Assembly: GCA_047947115.1 (NCBI GenBank)
Contig: CP170459.1
Span: 4,704,001 to 4,768,000, forward strand
DNA: 64,000 bases
Origin: Verrucomicrobiota bacterium
GTDB lineage: Bacteria > Verrucomicrobiota > Verrucomicrobiia > Limisphaerales > AAA164-E04
Reading direction: 5' to 3'
Part shown: positions 52,817-62,363 of the stretch, in pieces
Position numbering within the stretch: the first letter of the stretch is position 1
Layout: each line of letters opens with the position of its first letter
Position numbers and translations under genes: made by a program
Notes under the pieces: model-generated
What the model was told of the DNA's origin: nothing
Database searches by the model: none
What the model saw: only the letters and a program-made list of their open reading frames with translations

Positions 52817-55800
52817 TTATTGGAAAAGAGAGGCTATCCAATCTCTTTCCGGCATGGCATAGGGGCGAAATGTTTCCAGATAGCCTCTACGTTCGTTATA
52901 GAACAAAGCGCGATGGAGTCCCAACTGACTGGCTTTTGTATTGTCGATAAGCGCTGCCGAGTCATTGGCGCTCATTTGGAACAATACGCGCATTTCAAAC
53001 TCGGAAAGGGCCTTTCGATTCAGATACCTTTGGGCACTATTGTAGGAATCAACCGTCACAATGGCATGAATTCCAACCCCGGGGCCCTCCCGGATCATGC
53101 GTTCAAACACGTTGCCGGGTTGTGTGCTCCCTTCCTCATTGCTTGCGCCAAAACTGAATTCATCTTCCGGCTTCAGTTTCTTGAAAAACTGCAGGCCTGT
53201 GACCAGAACGAATATCGCTTTTTCAGGTTCGCCCGTTTCTTTACCACCTGGCTCCAATTTGGAATCAAGATACTCCATCATGTCTTCCAAGCTCTCATCT
53301 CTCAGAGTGCGCACGGTCTGAGGTAACAGTGATACGACCTGATCCAACAATTCGCGGTGAGAGGAATGGTCCGGCAGCGGATCCAGCACCAGAAATTCAA
53401 CCAGTCCTTCGGAATACTGGGCAGCCAGGGAGATGAGGCTGGAGATCACCATGGAAAACGCCATCTCATCATTCTGCCCTAGAATTAACAGGTGCCCCCC
53501 ATTCTGCTGTCCAAAGGTAGCACACGTAGGTCCTTTGATCGCGTTCGGGGCCCCCAGCCAGGCACGTGGCGCACCCGCTACTTTAACGGTTCCGGAAGAT
53601 AAAGCTTCGGCAAGTTCAACATTTTCCCTGATGTCGGCAGGAGCATTTCCTTCAAACACCACCAACTCCCTCTGCTTCACCGAGCGCTCACCGGCCAACT
53701 GACTCACCCGGTTCAGAAATGTTTCGCGATCGGTATCTGACAACCAGACGGTCTGAAAGGGACTGTTCCCTTCAACCTCGCCACTGCTGTCGTTGTAAAC
53801 ACCTTCCCCTGGTCTGGACAATAAACGCGGTGCCGCGTTGGATTCATCCATGATGAGGTAAGCGTCCGCCTCGTCACATTGCAGTGCAATCCTAACTGCC
53901 ATCTGGGCAAAGGTCGTTCGCGCAAGCGTATAAGCTCCTCCCAATGTCTGTGAGCCTAAAATCACATGAATCCCAAAAGCGCGACCTTGCCGAACGATCC
54001 GGTCCAGCAGGACAGCGGCGTTTTGTGCCACACGGTCATCTTCGACGAAATACTCCTGAAACTCGTCAATCATCAAAAGTGTCCGGGGAAGCGTCTCGCC
54101 TTCGGATGCTTGCAGGTATCCATTCAAATCCTGAACCCCTTTCTGACGGAAAAGGTCTCCACGACGGCGCAGTTCCTGATCAACTCGTTCCAACACGCTC
54201 AATCCGAATTCGCGATCACTTTCAATCGCAACAACCCTAGCATGTGGCAACCGGTGTGTGGCGTAACACTTGAATTCGACGCCTTTCTTGAAATCAATCA
54301 GATAAAATTCGACCTGATCCGGCGAACACCAAAGCGCCAGATTGGATACGATTACATGAAACAAAGTCGACTTCCCTGAACCAGTCTTACCCGCAATCAG
54401 AGCGTGTTGCTGGGTTCCCTTACCCAAAGTCAGATACTGCCATTTCGACGCCCCGGTACGACCAATGGGTACACGCAGCACGGCATCCGTATGAAGAGAC
54501 CAAACCTCTTCCGCCTTGGGTGCAATCTGAGAGAACGGTACTTCCACCCTGTTGGAATCCACACTGGCTCGACCGATCTGATGAATCATAGCAATGGCCT
54601 GCCGGGGTTCCGGCTGCCGGTACCAATGCCATGTGGCTCCAGCCCACTGAACGCTGCCGGGGCGACATCCTCCGCCCTGTGAGAGCATCCAAACACAGTG
54701 TTTTCGCAAATCATCCAGAGCCGCATCGTCCGGCATCGCCTGACGTTGATCCCGATGCAACCAGACAAACACACCGCAACGCGCTCCGCTGACGATGATG
54801 CTTTGCAAACGTCGCAACGCCGTTTCGCTGAATCCAACCGGAAAGTCCGAAATAACGAGGACTTGATACTTCTCGGCAATGTTGCCTGCGACCCGGTTGT
54901 AATCCGCAAGGGATGGGTATTCATTGCGCAGGTACATCTGGGTCACTTTTTCCATGTGCTCGGTCAGATCCCGCAGGCATTGCTCGATTTGATTCGACTG
55001 GGTCCAAATCCGGCGATGAATCAACTGCTCATCATGGTCGGCAAGATGCATCAAGCCGGCAAAATTCTTACCCAACCCAACAGGATCGATCAGCGTGAAC
55101 TGCAAACGTCCCACTGGCGAACTCATCAACAGACGCAGCGCCATGCCATTGAGCGCATCGACGATTTCCTGTGGGGCAGATCCCTCTGATTCAAACAGAA
55201 TAGACTCCCCATCCGGCAACCTGAATACCAGGGGAACCCGAAGAGATTCATCCCCAAAGCTCATTTTTTCATCTGCAGGAGGCGATGAAAGGAACTGTTT
55301 CAGATCCACGGCTAACTCGGCAAAACCGCCGGCGGAATCTCCTTTGGAAGGAACTTCCCATTCATCAGAAAAAGCCGCATCAAATCTGGAATTCATTTCC
55401 AAAGACTGACTGTGACTGCCCTTGAGTAGCGCCAACCATTCGAACACCTCCCCATTCCATTGTTCCACGAGAACAGCCATGTCATGGGAAAAACGGTCGT
55501 TCACTTCCGTTTCCATCGAACTCTGCTCATCCTCCATTGTGTCGGGACTGCCGTTGTTTCCATGCACTCCGACGGTTGTCCCCTGCTTATGATCACTGTC
55601 CAGGCGGTTCAGGGCGGCTTGGAGCATGTTCTCATGACGAAACTCCAATCGCTCTTTCCGATGTTGCAATTGACCGAGCCCGGATTCGAGCTTTTCTGAT
55701 GCAGAGGCATCAGCGGTCTGGAACGCTTTTTCAAGACCTGCTTCGATTTCTTTCAGGACCTGATCTATACTCGCCAAGCCCTGGTCCCGACTTCGATCTG

Positions 55801-56692
55801 CCCCTTGTTGACACCGGCTGACACATTGAGAGGAGAGAGCATACTGTTCCAAAATGGACTTCACTCGCCCTCGAGCCAGCATGTAACCCCCGGCATAAGC
55901 AGCCAACACAAGAGCAGCCAGCACCCCGGTATAGAGAATGAGCTGCTCCTTCGCGATTCCGAGTGTGTCCGGCACCTGCGGCACCAATAGCCCAAGCGCG
56001 CCCAACACGCCGATAAAAACCAACAAAACCCAAACCGGAACCATGGAGAAGCACTGCGCCAATGCTGTTGGAATTGAAAAACGAAGCTGCGCCTCAAGGT
56101 CTGTCAAATGCGAACGCAAGGTTTGCAGTTGCACATATTCATCCTCTGTGGAGGATTCCTGAGCAGCAGGGTCCAGTTCCCTTTGAAGCCAACTACGAAA
56201 AGATCGATACCCGCGAAACACCTTCCATGCGAGACCCTGAATGCCTTCCAGCCGCTGAATTTCTAAGGATAAATCAGAAACGTAAGATTTCCATGTCTGA
56301 TCCATGGCAAGGCTATTGGCATCGTGATCACGCTGGGCCTGGAGCAAGTCCTTTTGATTTTCGTATTGCTGCTGGCTCCGGGCATGCTCCGCTGCGTCAT
56401 GAAGCGCCTTGCTAGTGTTCTCAATGGCTTGCTTGATTCGAAGCCTGCGGGATGCGAACCTGGATTCAATGCGCTCGCGTTCGGCATTCAATGCTTCCTG
56501 CGCCAAGGCTGCTTGTGCATCAGCCTGTTTCCGGACATGAGCTTTTTGGGATTCGAATTTTCGCCGAATAGCCGCCAAATCCCGATCACGCGACTCGATC
56601 AATGACTTCTCCCGCAAACCGAGTTCCTCGACCGTATGTCGAAGTTGTTCGAGTAAGGAAAGGGTGTTTCCCGCTGTGAGCATTTTATTCAC
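52817..56692 (-). CDS. FtsK/SpoIIIE (EssC/EccC-like) membrane ATPase
   Basis: Coiled coil, two TM helices, coiled coil, three FtsK-like domains; GKTGSGKS, LIDFKKG, LMIDEFQ, RQGRAFGIHVILGSQ. Confidence 0.9.
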   Translation of the reverse strand: MNKMLTAGNTLSLLEQLRHTVEELGLREKSLIESRDRDLAAIRRKFESQKAHVRKQADAQAALAQEALNAERERIESRFASRRLRIKQAIENTSKALHDAAEHARSQQQYENQKDLLQAQRDHDANSLAMDQTWKSYVSDLSLEIQRLEGIQGLAWKVFRGYRSFRSWLQRELDPAAQESSTEDEYVQLQTLRSHLTDLEAQLRFSIPTALAQCFSMVPVWVLLVFIGVLGALGLLVPQVPDTLGIAKEQLILYTGVLAALVLAAYAGGYMLARGRVKSILEQYALSSQCVSRCQQGADRSRDQGLASIDQVLKEIEAGLEKAFQTADASASEKLESGLGQLQHRKERLEFRHENMLQAALNRLDSDHKQGTTVGVHGNNGSPDTMEDEQSSMETEVNDRFSHDMAVLVEQWNGEVFEWLALLKGSHSQSLEMNSRFDAAFSDEWEVPSKGDSAGGFAELAVDLKQFLSSPPADEKMSFGDESLRVPLVFRLPDGESILFESEGSAPQEIVDALNGMALRLLMSSPVGRLQFTLIDPVGLGKNFAGLMHLADHDEQLIHRRIWTQSNQIEQCLRDLTEHMEKVTQMYLRNEYPSLADYNRVAGNIAEKYQVLVISDFPVGFSETALRRLQSIIVSGARCGVFVWLHRDQRQAMPDDAALDDLRKHCVWMLSQGGGCRPGSVQWAGATWHWYRQPEPRQAIAMIHQIGRASVDSNRVEVPFSQIAPKAEEVWSLHTDAVLRVPIGRTGASKWQYLTLGKGTQQHALIAGKTGSGKSTLFHVIVSNLALWCSPDQVEFYLIDFKKGVEFKCYATHRLPHARVVAIESDREFGLSVLERVDQELRRRGDLFRQKGVQDLNGYLQASEGETLPRTLLMIDEFQEYFVEDDRVAQNAAVLLDRIVRQGRAFGIHVILGSQTLGGAYTLARTTFAQMAVRIALQCDEADAYLIMDESNAAPRLLSRPGEGVYNDSSGEVEGNSPFQTVWLSDTDRETFLNRVSQLAGERSVKQRELVVFEGNAPADIRENVELAEALSSGTVKVAGAPRAWLGAPNAIKGPTCATFGQQNGGHLLILGQNDEMAFSMVISSLISLAAQYSEGLVEFLVLDPLPDHSSHRELLDQVVSLLPQTVRTLRDESLEDMMEYLDSKLEPGGKETGEPEKAIFVLVTGLQFFKKLKPEDEFSFGASNEEGSTQPGNVFERMIREGPGVGIHAIVTVDSYNSAQRYLNRKALSEFEMRVLFQMSANDSAALIDNTKASQLGLHRALFYNERRGYLETFRPYAMPERDWIASLFQ

Positions 56693-56894
56693 AATCTTTC
56701 CTCACTTTCTTCAAAAGGACATTCAGCTTTTCCATGCCATGAATGGCACGATTGACGCTCGGCTCCAATTCCTTCAAGTAGGTCTGTTCAAAAGATGCGG
56801 CCTTTTCATCTTTCCATACCGTGCGGGCCGATTCCCATGACCGCAGCAGGTCCTTGGTCAGGGCCAACAACTGATTTCTTTCCGACGAACTCAT
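56685..56894 (-). CDS. Small WXG100-like helical hairpin protein
   Basis: 69 aa, helix-WKD-helix (ARTVWKDEKAASFE); overlaps both neighbours. Confidence 0.72.
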   Translation of the reverse strand: MSSSERNQLLALTKDLLRSWESARTVWKDEKAASFEQTYLKELEPSVNRAIHGMEKLNVLLKKVRKDCE

Positions 56895-57475
56895 TCATTT
56901 CCCTTCTGTTTGATGTCCTTTTCCAAAGCATGTTTCCCGGGCGATTCGACCATTGGGGCTTCGGATTCAGGCCGATTTTCCTCATGAACTGAAAACTGGG
57001 TTTGACGGGGTGAAAGATATTCACTCAAAACAGCCCCCAAACGATCCAGGTGGGCCGCACCCTTTTGCAAATCCTGTTCCAGAACGGTGCGCAGTCTTTC
57101 CACGTCACGTCCGTGCGGTTCCACTTCACTTTGATAGCGCCGGCACCACACCTTGACGCAGCGCAACTTTTCCTCGGCTTCACGAAACGCCTTTCTAGCA
57201 CGTTGAACAGTCACTTGTTGAATATCACTTGATGCCCGCAACTGGGAAAGCTTTGCGGAAAAAGCGGCATGTTGTGCCTCTTCCAAAGCACGGTGCCGAA
57301 CCCGCACCTGATGTTCCCAATAAGGTTTCTGGTGATCCTCCAGCCATGCCCGGGTTCTTTTCATGTCAGAGCCGACCTCGTCAATCACATGCGTGGCCTT
57401 CTCAACATATTGAATCAACCGCAAACGAAACGCTTCCAGCGCATCCACCGAACGTATCTGAGCTCTGTCGGCCAT
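56891..57475 (-). CDS. Helical coiled-coil protein of the WXG100 cassette
   Basis: All-alpha 194 aa (AQIRSVDALEAFR...W..D...YW), tightly coupled between two WXG-like genes. Confidence 0.72.
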   Translation of the reverse strand: MADRAQIRSVDALEAFRLRLIQYVEKATHVIDEVGSDMKRTRAWLEDHQKPYWEHQVRVRHRALEEAQHAAFSAKLSQLRASSDIQQVTVQRARKAFREAEEKLRCVKVWCRRYQSEVEPHGRDVERLRTVLEQDLQKGAAHLDRLGAVLSEYLSPRQTQFSVHEENRPESEAPMVESPGKHALEKDIKQKGNE

Positions 57476-57477
57476 GA

Positions 57478-57750
57478 CTATCGTTGATCGAGGTAGTCCT
57501 CGATTCGCTGAGCTTTGCGCAGGAGGAAGGGAGTGTGTTGACTGGAAACTTCCGCAAACTTTTTCAAAGTCCGCATCGTCTGACTGAATTCCTCAGCGAA
57601 ACGCTGCTGTTCCTGATCCTGCCAGGTATCGCCCAAGGCCTTGAATCGCGCTTCCAACAGCGCCATCCCCTGTTGAAGACCGGCATTGAACTGCTTCAAT
57701 TCCTTGGCAAAACGCCGCACTTCCTCCGGATCCATGATTGCCCGTGACAT
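57478..57750 (-). CDS. WXG100/ESAT-6-like protein
   Basis: 90 aa, MDPEEVRRFA..L..F, central LGDTWQDQ, C-terminal L.RKA..IEDY. Confidence 0.88.
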   Translation of the reverse strand: MSRAIMDPEEVRRFAKELKQFNAGLQQGMALLEARFKALGDTWQDQEQQRFAEEFSQTMRTLKKFAEVSSQHTPFLLRKAQRIEDYLDQR

Positions 57751-58185
57751 CAGTTTTTCCTTTCTTCCTTGATCGTAAGTCTCATTTCACCTGCCAGTAT
57801 ACAAGCAGATATCAGGCCAGTGCAGTAAAAACACTCCAATCTCCTGATAAATTAAAACTCAGGAACTCTGTAACAAATAAGACTCACGAAACTGTATAAC
57901 CTGGAAAAAGGATCCGCCATGAAACCCGACTCGATTCAGTTCATTCATTTCCTTTCGCTAATCACTGTCCTGTCCTGCATGTTTTGGATCACACGATGAT
58001 CACGTGGTTCTGGGCGAACCACTCATCGGAAGAATCACCGTGGATGAGGCAGCCCTGAAAGGAGCCAAATGGCAATGGAACGGTGTGACGCATGTGTTTA
58101 TCTTATCATGCGGTAACAATTAAAAGTGCCCACCCACAAACAAGTCGCTGCTTGAAGAAGGCAGCTTCATGCCTGACCGCATCCG

Positions 58186-58706
58186 TCAGTCTTTTGGTTT
58201 TTCCCAACGCCAAACTAATCCATCATCGGGATCCATCACTTCTCCGGTTTTTCTAAACCCACATTTGGTCAGGACCCTGGTGGAAGCATTCTCTTCAGGC
58301 AATGTGTGGGCGCAAACTCGACGCACTTCTGCATGGCTGCATGCATAATCCACCAGGCCTGTCGCCGCTTCGGTGGCGTATCCTTTCCCCTGGTAATCAG
58401 GATCAATTCCGTAAGCGATCTCCACCACCCCCTCCGCATTGGGAGGCGCCTTGAACCCGCAGTTCCCAACTAAGACATCGGCCTCGCTCAGTCGAATGGT
58501 GAATCCGTGCAACCACGGGTCGGGTTCGGTGGCTGCCTGTATCAGGGCCAGCCAATCAGGAGCTAATTGCACCTTCTCCTCGGACGACATCCCGTCAATC
58601 ATGGCGCGCAATTCGTCAGGAGTTTTTGGTACAAGGTTTAAATGAGGTGTTTCAATCGTGATGCTGGCATCCTGCCAATCCCGTTTAATCTGTCTATTAA
58701 AAACAT
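58186..58706 (-). CDS. RimJ/RimL-type GNAT acetyltransferase (5' end probably frameshifted at A5 58699-58703)
   Basis: VEIAYGI...YQGKGYATEA, N.AS.RVL.KCGF. In-frame ITIETPHLNLVP lies upstream of the called TTG at 58611, and the ATG at 58706 is one base out of frame. Confidence 0.82.
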
Positions 58707-58814
58707 CCCCTTATCCAGTCAACACCCCTGCGGTAAGGGAGCTCTGAGCAGATAACATAGACATTCCACCCGAAGAACCTCATGCTGTCCGCGAAATGAA
58801 GACCAAGTGAGAAA

Positions 58815-59492
58815 ATGAAACCCAGAATCAAACTATCCGAGTCGGTGTTGGAGAATGGAGATATCATGTCCCTGTATGAACATGATGGCAGTTTTGGTAT
58901 TTGCCTGAATGGACAGGAGTTGATGAACACCCGAGCGACTTACTCGGAGTTGATGCTTGGTTCCCTGGGAGTGGAAAGCCTGGAGAAAGACTCACCCAAT
59001 CGTGTGCTGATAGGGGGTCTGGGTTTGGGATACACCTTGAAAAGTGTTCTGGAAGAAACAGGCGAATCCACCCATGTCGAAGTCGCCGAACTGTTACCTG
59101 ACGTGATTGAATGGAATCGTACGCACCTGAAATCGGTCAATGGAGTTCTTCTGGAAGACTCACGCGTAAAAATCTGCAACAAGGATGTTCAGGAAATCAT
59201 TCAAGAAGCAGAACCGGCATCTTACGACGCCATCATGCTGGACATCGACAACGGTCCCGTCGCCATGGTTCAGTCGGGTAATCGGTCCCTGTATTCACGA
59301 AAAGGCATCCATGCCCTATTGAATGCTCTGACAACCACCGGACGCCTGGCGGTCTGGTCGGCGAGCATAGATGCAAAATTCGAGCAACACGTTAAGAAAA
59401 ACCGCGCCCACATAGAAATGCACCGCGTCAAAGCCAGCCACCAGGCCAAACGAGCGAGCTATGTGATCTACATTATCCAGAAAACCAAATAG
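58815..59492 (+). CDS. Spermidine-synthase-like SAM-binding protein
   Basis: NGQELM, SE..L, VLIGGLGLGYTL, VAEL, DAIMLDIDNGP, LAVWS. Confidence 0.88.
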   Translation: MKPRIKLSESVLENGDIMSLYEHDGSFGICLNGQELMNTRATYSELMLGSLGVESLEKDSPNRVLIGGLGLGYTLKSVLEETGESTHVEVAELLPDVIEWNRTHLKSVNGVLLEDSRVKICNKDVQEIIQEAEPASYDAIMLDIDNGPVAMVQSGNRSLYSRKGIHALLNALTTTGRLAVWSASIDAKFEQHVKKNRAHIEMHRVKASHQAKRASYVIYIIQKTK

Positions 59493-59597
59493 AACCTCTT
59501 TTCACAGCGTGGTCCCGGAGCCGCATTCGCTGACAGCAGCGGAAATGAACCCGGCACCCCGAAACACTCCGCGAACAAAGGTAGGAAGCAGGCTTCC

Positions 59598-61556
59598 CTA
59601 AAAGGAGTCCTGATACCTTGACAAGGCGCCCAGAACCGTGGCGGTTGTGAACACCTTTTGGCAGTCAGAGTAGACGGTTCCACTGTCGATGGACGTATGA
59701 GGGGATGCAACATGCGGATGTGTCAATCGGAGAAAAGCTCCCGATTCCCATGCCCCGTTCGCAAGCTGGGAACGAAGCAGTTCATGTATCCAATCTTTGC
59801 ATGGCAATGTCCTTCCCAAGCTCATCCAGCACTGAACAAGCAACGCAATTTCAAAATCGGTCGTGGGAGAATACGATACCAAAGATTTCTCCAGCTCTCT
59901 TCTGCGAGGCACTTCCTGTAAAGGATCAAGACATTCCAATACGACCCAGGTCGCATAGAGTGGTGTCAACCACCAATAAGAATCCCACATTCCATTTTCG
60001 TTTTGAATCCGGCGCAGGTATCTTACGGATTTTTCCCAAGAGGACGTTGAACCACGCCTTACCAACGCTCCGGCCAACCCTGTCACATCAGGGGAAGCTC
60101 CGTTCCAGGCATCCTCTCCCCCGGGATTCGAAAGGTAGGTAGAAAAACCCCCCTCTTTATTTTGAAATCTGGCAAGTAAAGGCAACCACTGCGCATCCGG
60201 CATATGAATCCCCCATCTTGTCAGAGCATGAAGCGCCAGCGTTGTGGAATCCGCATCAGATGGTGTGGTCCCATGATATCCCCATCCGCCGCCAGCATGT
60301 TGACGTTCCCGCAGCCATTGCGCAACTGCCGGCATCCAGGATATTTGAAGTTTACAGGAATGGGAGAGAAACCTCCCGGTCACCATCAGGGTGTAGGCTG
60401 TCACCCATTCGTCTGAGACACCCACCGGCAAGTTAAAATCGACCCAATGATCATCTTTCAGCCTGGTGCTTAAGAAGTCCATCGCTCGACGAATCGCTTC
60501 TGCTTTCTTCGGTTTCCGGATGGAGGGGGCACCCGCATCCTGCATGGCAAGGTCGGGTTCAACATAAATATTCATATGACATGAACCATCCGCTTCCAAT
60601 CCGACTCCGACAAAGCGATGAAGACAATCTGGCTGGCGCAAGGCGCTCTTCGAAATCAAAACCTTCACATCCCTTCGATATCCGGAGGCATCAAGACCTA
60701 TTCGATCAGCAAGTTGCCCCACGCATGCCTGAGCAGCGGTTTCATCCAGTGAAAGGAATCGGGTGAAATTCAAATCCGACTTGAGTGTGACATCTGTGTC
60801 ATTTGCCGGAAATTCCAAGGAAACATGGATGCTCTGTTCAGGATAGTATGAATGATCAAGCAAGGGAAACGTGTCCAAGAGGGAGGAGATTGCAAAAGCA
60901 TTCTGCGAAGCATCTACAGTCTGATACCATCGAGCCAGCCATGAGCGCGTAACACGACCGGATCGAAAATAGACCTTCACCCTTCCAACGGGTTTACCGG
61001 GTATCCAATCAAAAGCCATCCCAACCGGCCATGAATGGGGGGATACACTGCTCGAGAGATCGCACAGTTGTTGCAATCCGTTTTTGCGGCCCAAATGTAA
61101 AAGAACGTTTCCGATCCTGCGCCAACGATCCGTGGCGGCCCCTTCGTTCAGATTGAAATAAACCTTCGTGGCAAAGCCATGATCCCCCGCCACCACACCA
61201 AACCAAATGGCACTTCGCCAGTGAGATGGCCAGTTGTCTGCTTCGGGCAGGATATACGTTTCGACAAGTCGACGGATGATCGGAAGCGCGGCCCCCTTAT
61301 CATCTCCGAAGATATGATCCAACACCTGCCAGGAATGTTGGTAACGATCCCAACAAGAACTTCCGGGTTCACCCGATTCGCAGACGAAAGCGACCGGAAA
61401 GCGCTCATCCCCAATACGACTTAGCCATTGAAAAGGAAGCCCGTTGGCATTGATCTGCGAAAGCCCCTCATACCGGGCGGAAACAGGCTGTTTCAAGGAT
61501 TTGCCGCAAAATTGCTCAAACAGCCACATCGTCCGTTCGGTCGCCCCGGGGGACAT
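59598..61556 (-). CDS. Fused aromatic (DMATS/ABBA-like) prenyltransferase + class II terpene cyclase beta-domain
   Basis: N-half has INANGLPFQW, TKVYFNL, GRVKVYFR and MNIYVEP strands. C-half has WVDF..PVG.SDEWVTAY, SDADST, four QW-type repeats (QHAGGGW, QNKEGGF, QNENGMW, QLANGAW), SYWW and VFTTATVL. Start is uncertain; the frame is open to 61823 but that part overlaps the upstream gene. Confidence 0.8.
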   Translation of the reverse strand: MSPGATERTMWLFEQFCGKSLKQPVSARYEGLSQINANGLPFQWLSRIGDERFPVAFVCESGEPGSSCWDRYQHSWQVLDHIFGDDKGAALPIIRRLVETYILPEADNWPSHWRSAIWFGVVAGDHGFATKVYFNLNEGAATDRWRRIGNVLLHLGRKNGLQQLCDLSSSVSPHSWPVGMAFDWIPGKPVGRVKVYFRSGRVTRSWLARWYQTVDASQNAFAISSLLDTFPLLDHSYYPEQSIHVSLEFPANDTDVTLKSDLNFTRFLSLDETAAQACVGQLADRIGLDASGYRRDVKVLISKSALRQPDCLHRFVGVGLEADGSCHMNIYVEPDLAMQDAGAPSIRKPKKAEAIRRAMDFLSTRLKDDHWVDFNLPVGVSDEWVTAYTLMVTGRFLSHSCKLQISWMPAVAQWLRERQHAGGGWGYHGTTPSDADSTTLALHALTRWGIHMPDAQWLPLLARFQNKEGGFSTYLSNPGGEDAWNGASPDVTGLAGALVRRGSTSSWEKSVRYLRRIQNENGMWDSYWWLTPLYATWVVLECLDPLQEVPRRRELEKSLVSYSPTTDFEIALLVQCWMSLGRTLPCKDWIHELLRSQLANGAWESGAFLRLTHPHVASPHTSIDSGTVYSDCQKVFTTATVLGALSRYQDSF

Positions 61557-61653
61557 CAAGCGGACCTCACACCACTGACGAAGTGTGTTCAGGATAACCG
61601 CATGCAGATCACGGGTGGATCCGCATGCGGTAGAACCTGACCATCCCGGGGGA

Positions 61654-62304
61654 TCAAGCGCCTTCTTCAATAATGTTGATCGAACCATCTGTGCCTTTGG
61701 TGCCGTTGGAGGAAGATTCACCATTTGCCCCAGGATTTCCCTGGGCTCCATCGTTGCGTCCGGTGCCACGTTCCCCACGGTCACCTCCCTGCCCTGGATT
61801 GCCAGCAAGCCCACCGGCTCCACCTTCGGAATTGGCGTTCAAAGTGCCCGTGGTAATCGATTGGGCCACGACGGTGATATTGCCGCCTTTGCCTCCGTCC
61901 CCACCACGCCCGGCGTCGCCACCTTTGCCTCCGTTGCCCCCGTCACCGCCGTTGCCGCGGTCTTCGCAACCCGATCCACTGCCGCCGTTCCCACCGTTTC
62001 CACCCTTGCCTCCTTTGCCTCCATCACCACCGTTGCCACCTTTTCCACCTCGGGTGTCGATGTCAACGCCGGCAATAAAGTCTTCCACTTCGATCAGCAC
62101 ATTGCTGCCATTTGTACCATCCTGACCGTCAATCCCCTTCGATCCGCTGGTTCCGCTTCCCCCGTCTTTGCCGTTACCAGCCGGATCATCCCCATTCCAA
62201 TGACATTCTGCATTTTTTCCATTCGCGCCATCAGGACCTGCCGAACCTGCCGCCCCCACCGTCCCAGTTAGACCATCCGTGCCTCTTGCAATAATATTTG
62301 GCAT
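61654..62304 (-). CDS. Gly-X-X / Gly-Gly-X repeat protein with interspersed beta-strands
   Basis: Strong SD (AAGGAG), GXX runs, strands NVLIEV, VDIDT, NITVV and SINII; single Trp36; Cys34 and Cys113. Confidence 0.85.
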   Translation of the reverse strand: MPNIIARGTDGLTGTVGAAGSAGPDGANGKNAECHWNGDDPAGNGKDGGSGTSGSKGIDGQDGTNGSNVLIEVEDFIAGVDIDTRGGKGGNGGDGGKGGKGGNGGNGGSGSGCEDRGNGGDGGNGGKGGDAGRGGDGGKGGNITVVAQSITTGTLNANSEGGAGGLAGNPGQGGDRGERGTGRNDGAQGNPGANGESSSNGTKGTDGSINIIEEGA

Positions 62305-62363
62305 AATTGTTTACTCCTTTTTAATGTATACGTTGTATCTTGTTGCTTTGAACCCTGCTTGCT

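Noticed and set aside
57780..58180. Possible ncRNA or small ORF (ATG about 57919, hydrophobic, about 26 aa) upstream of the WXG cassette
   Set aside because: No recognisable family, RBS or convincing structure by eye.
61557..61823. N-terminal extension of the prenyltransferase-cyclase
   Set aside because: Mostly an alternate-frame read of the GXX gene. A start slightly upstream of 61556 cannot be excluded.
61673..62125. Pro-rich plus-strand ORF
   Set aside because: Reverse complement of the Gly codon repeats; the minus-strand gene has the SD.
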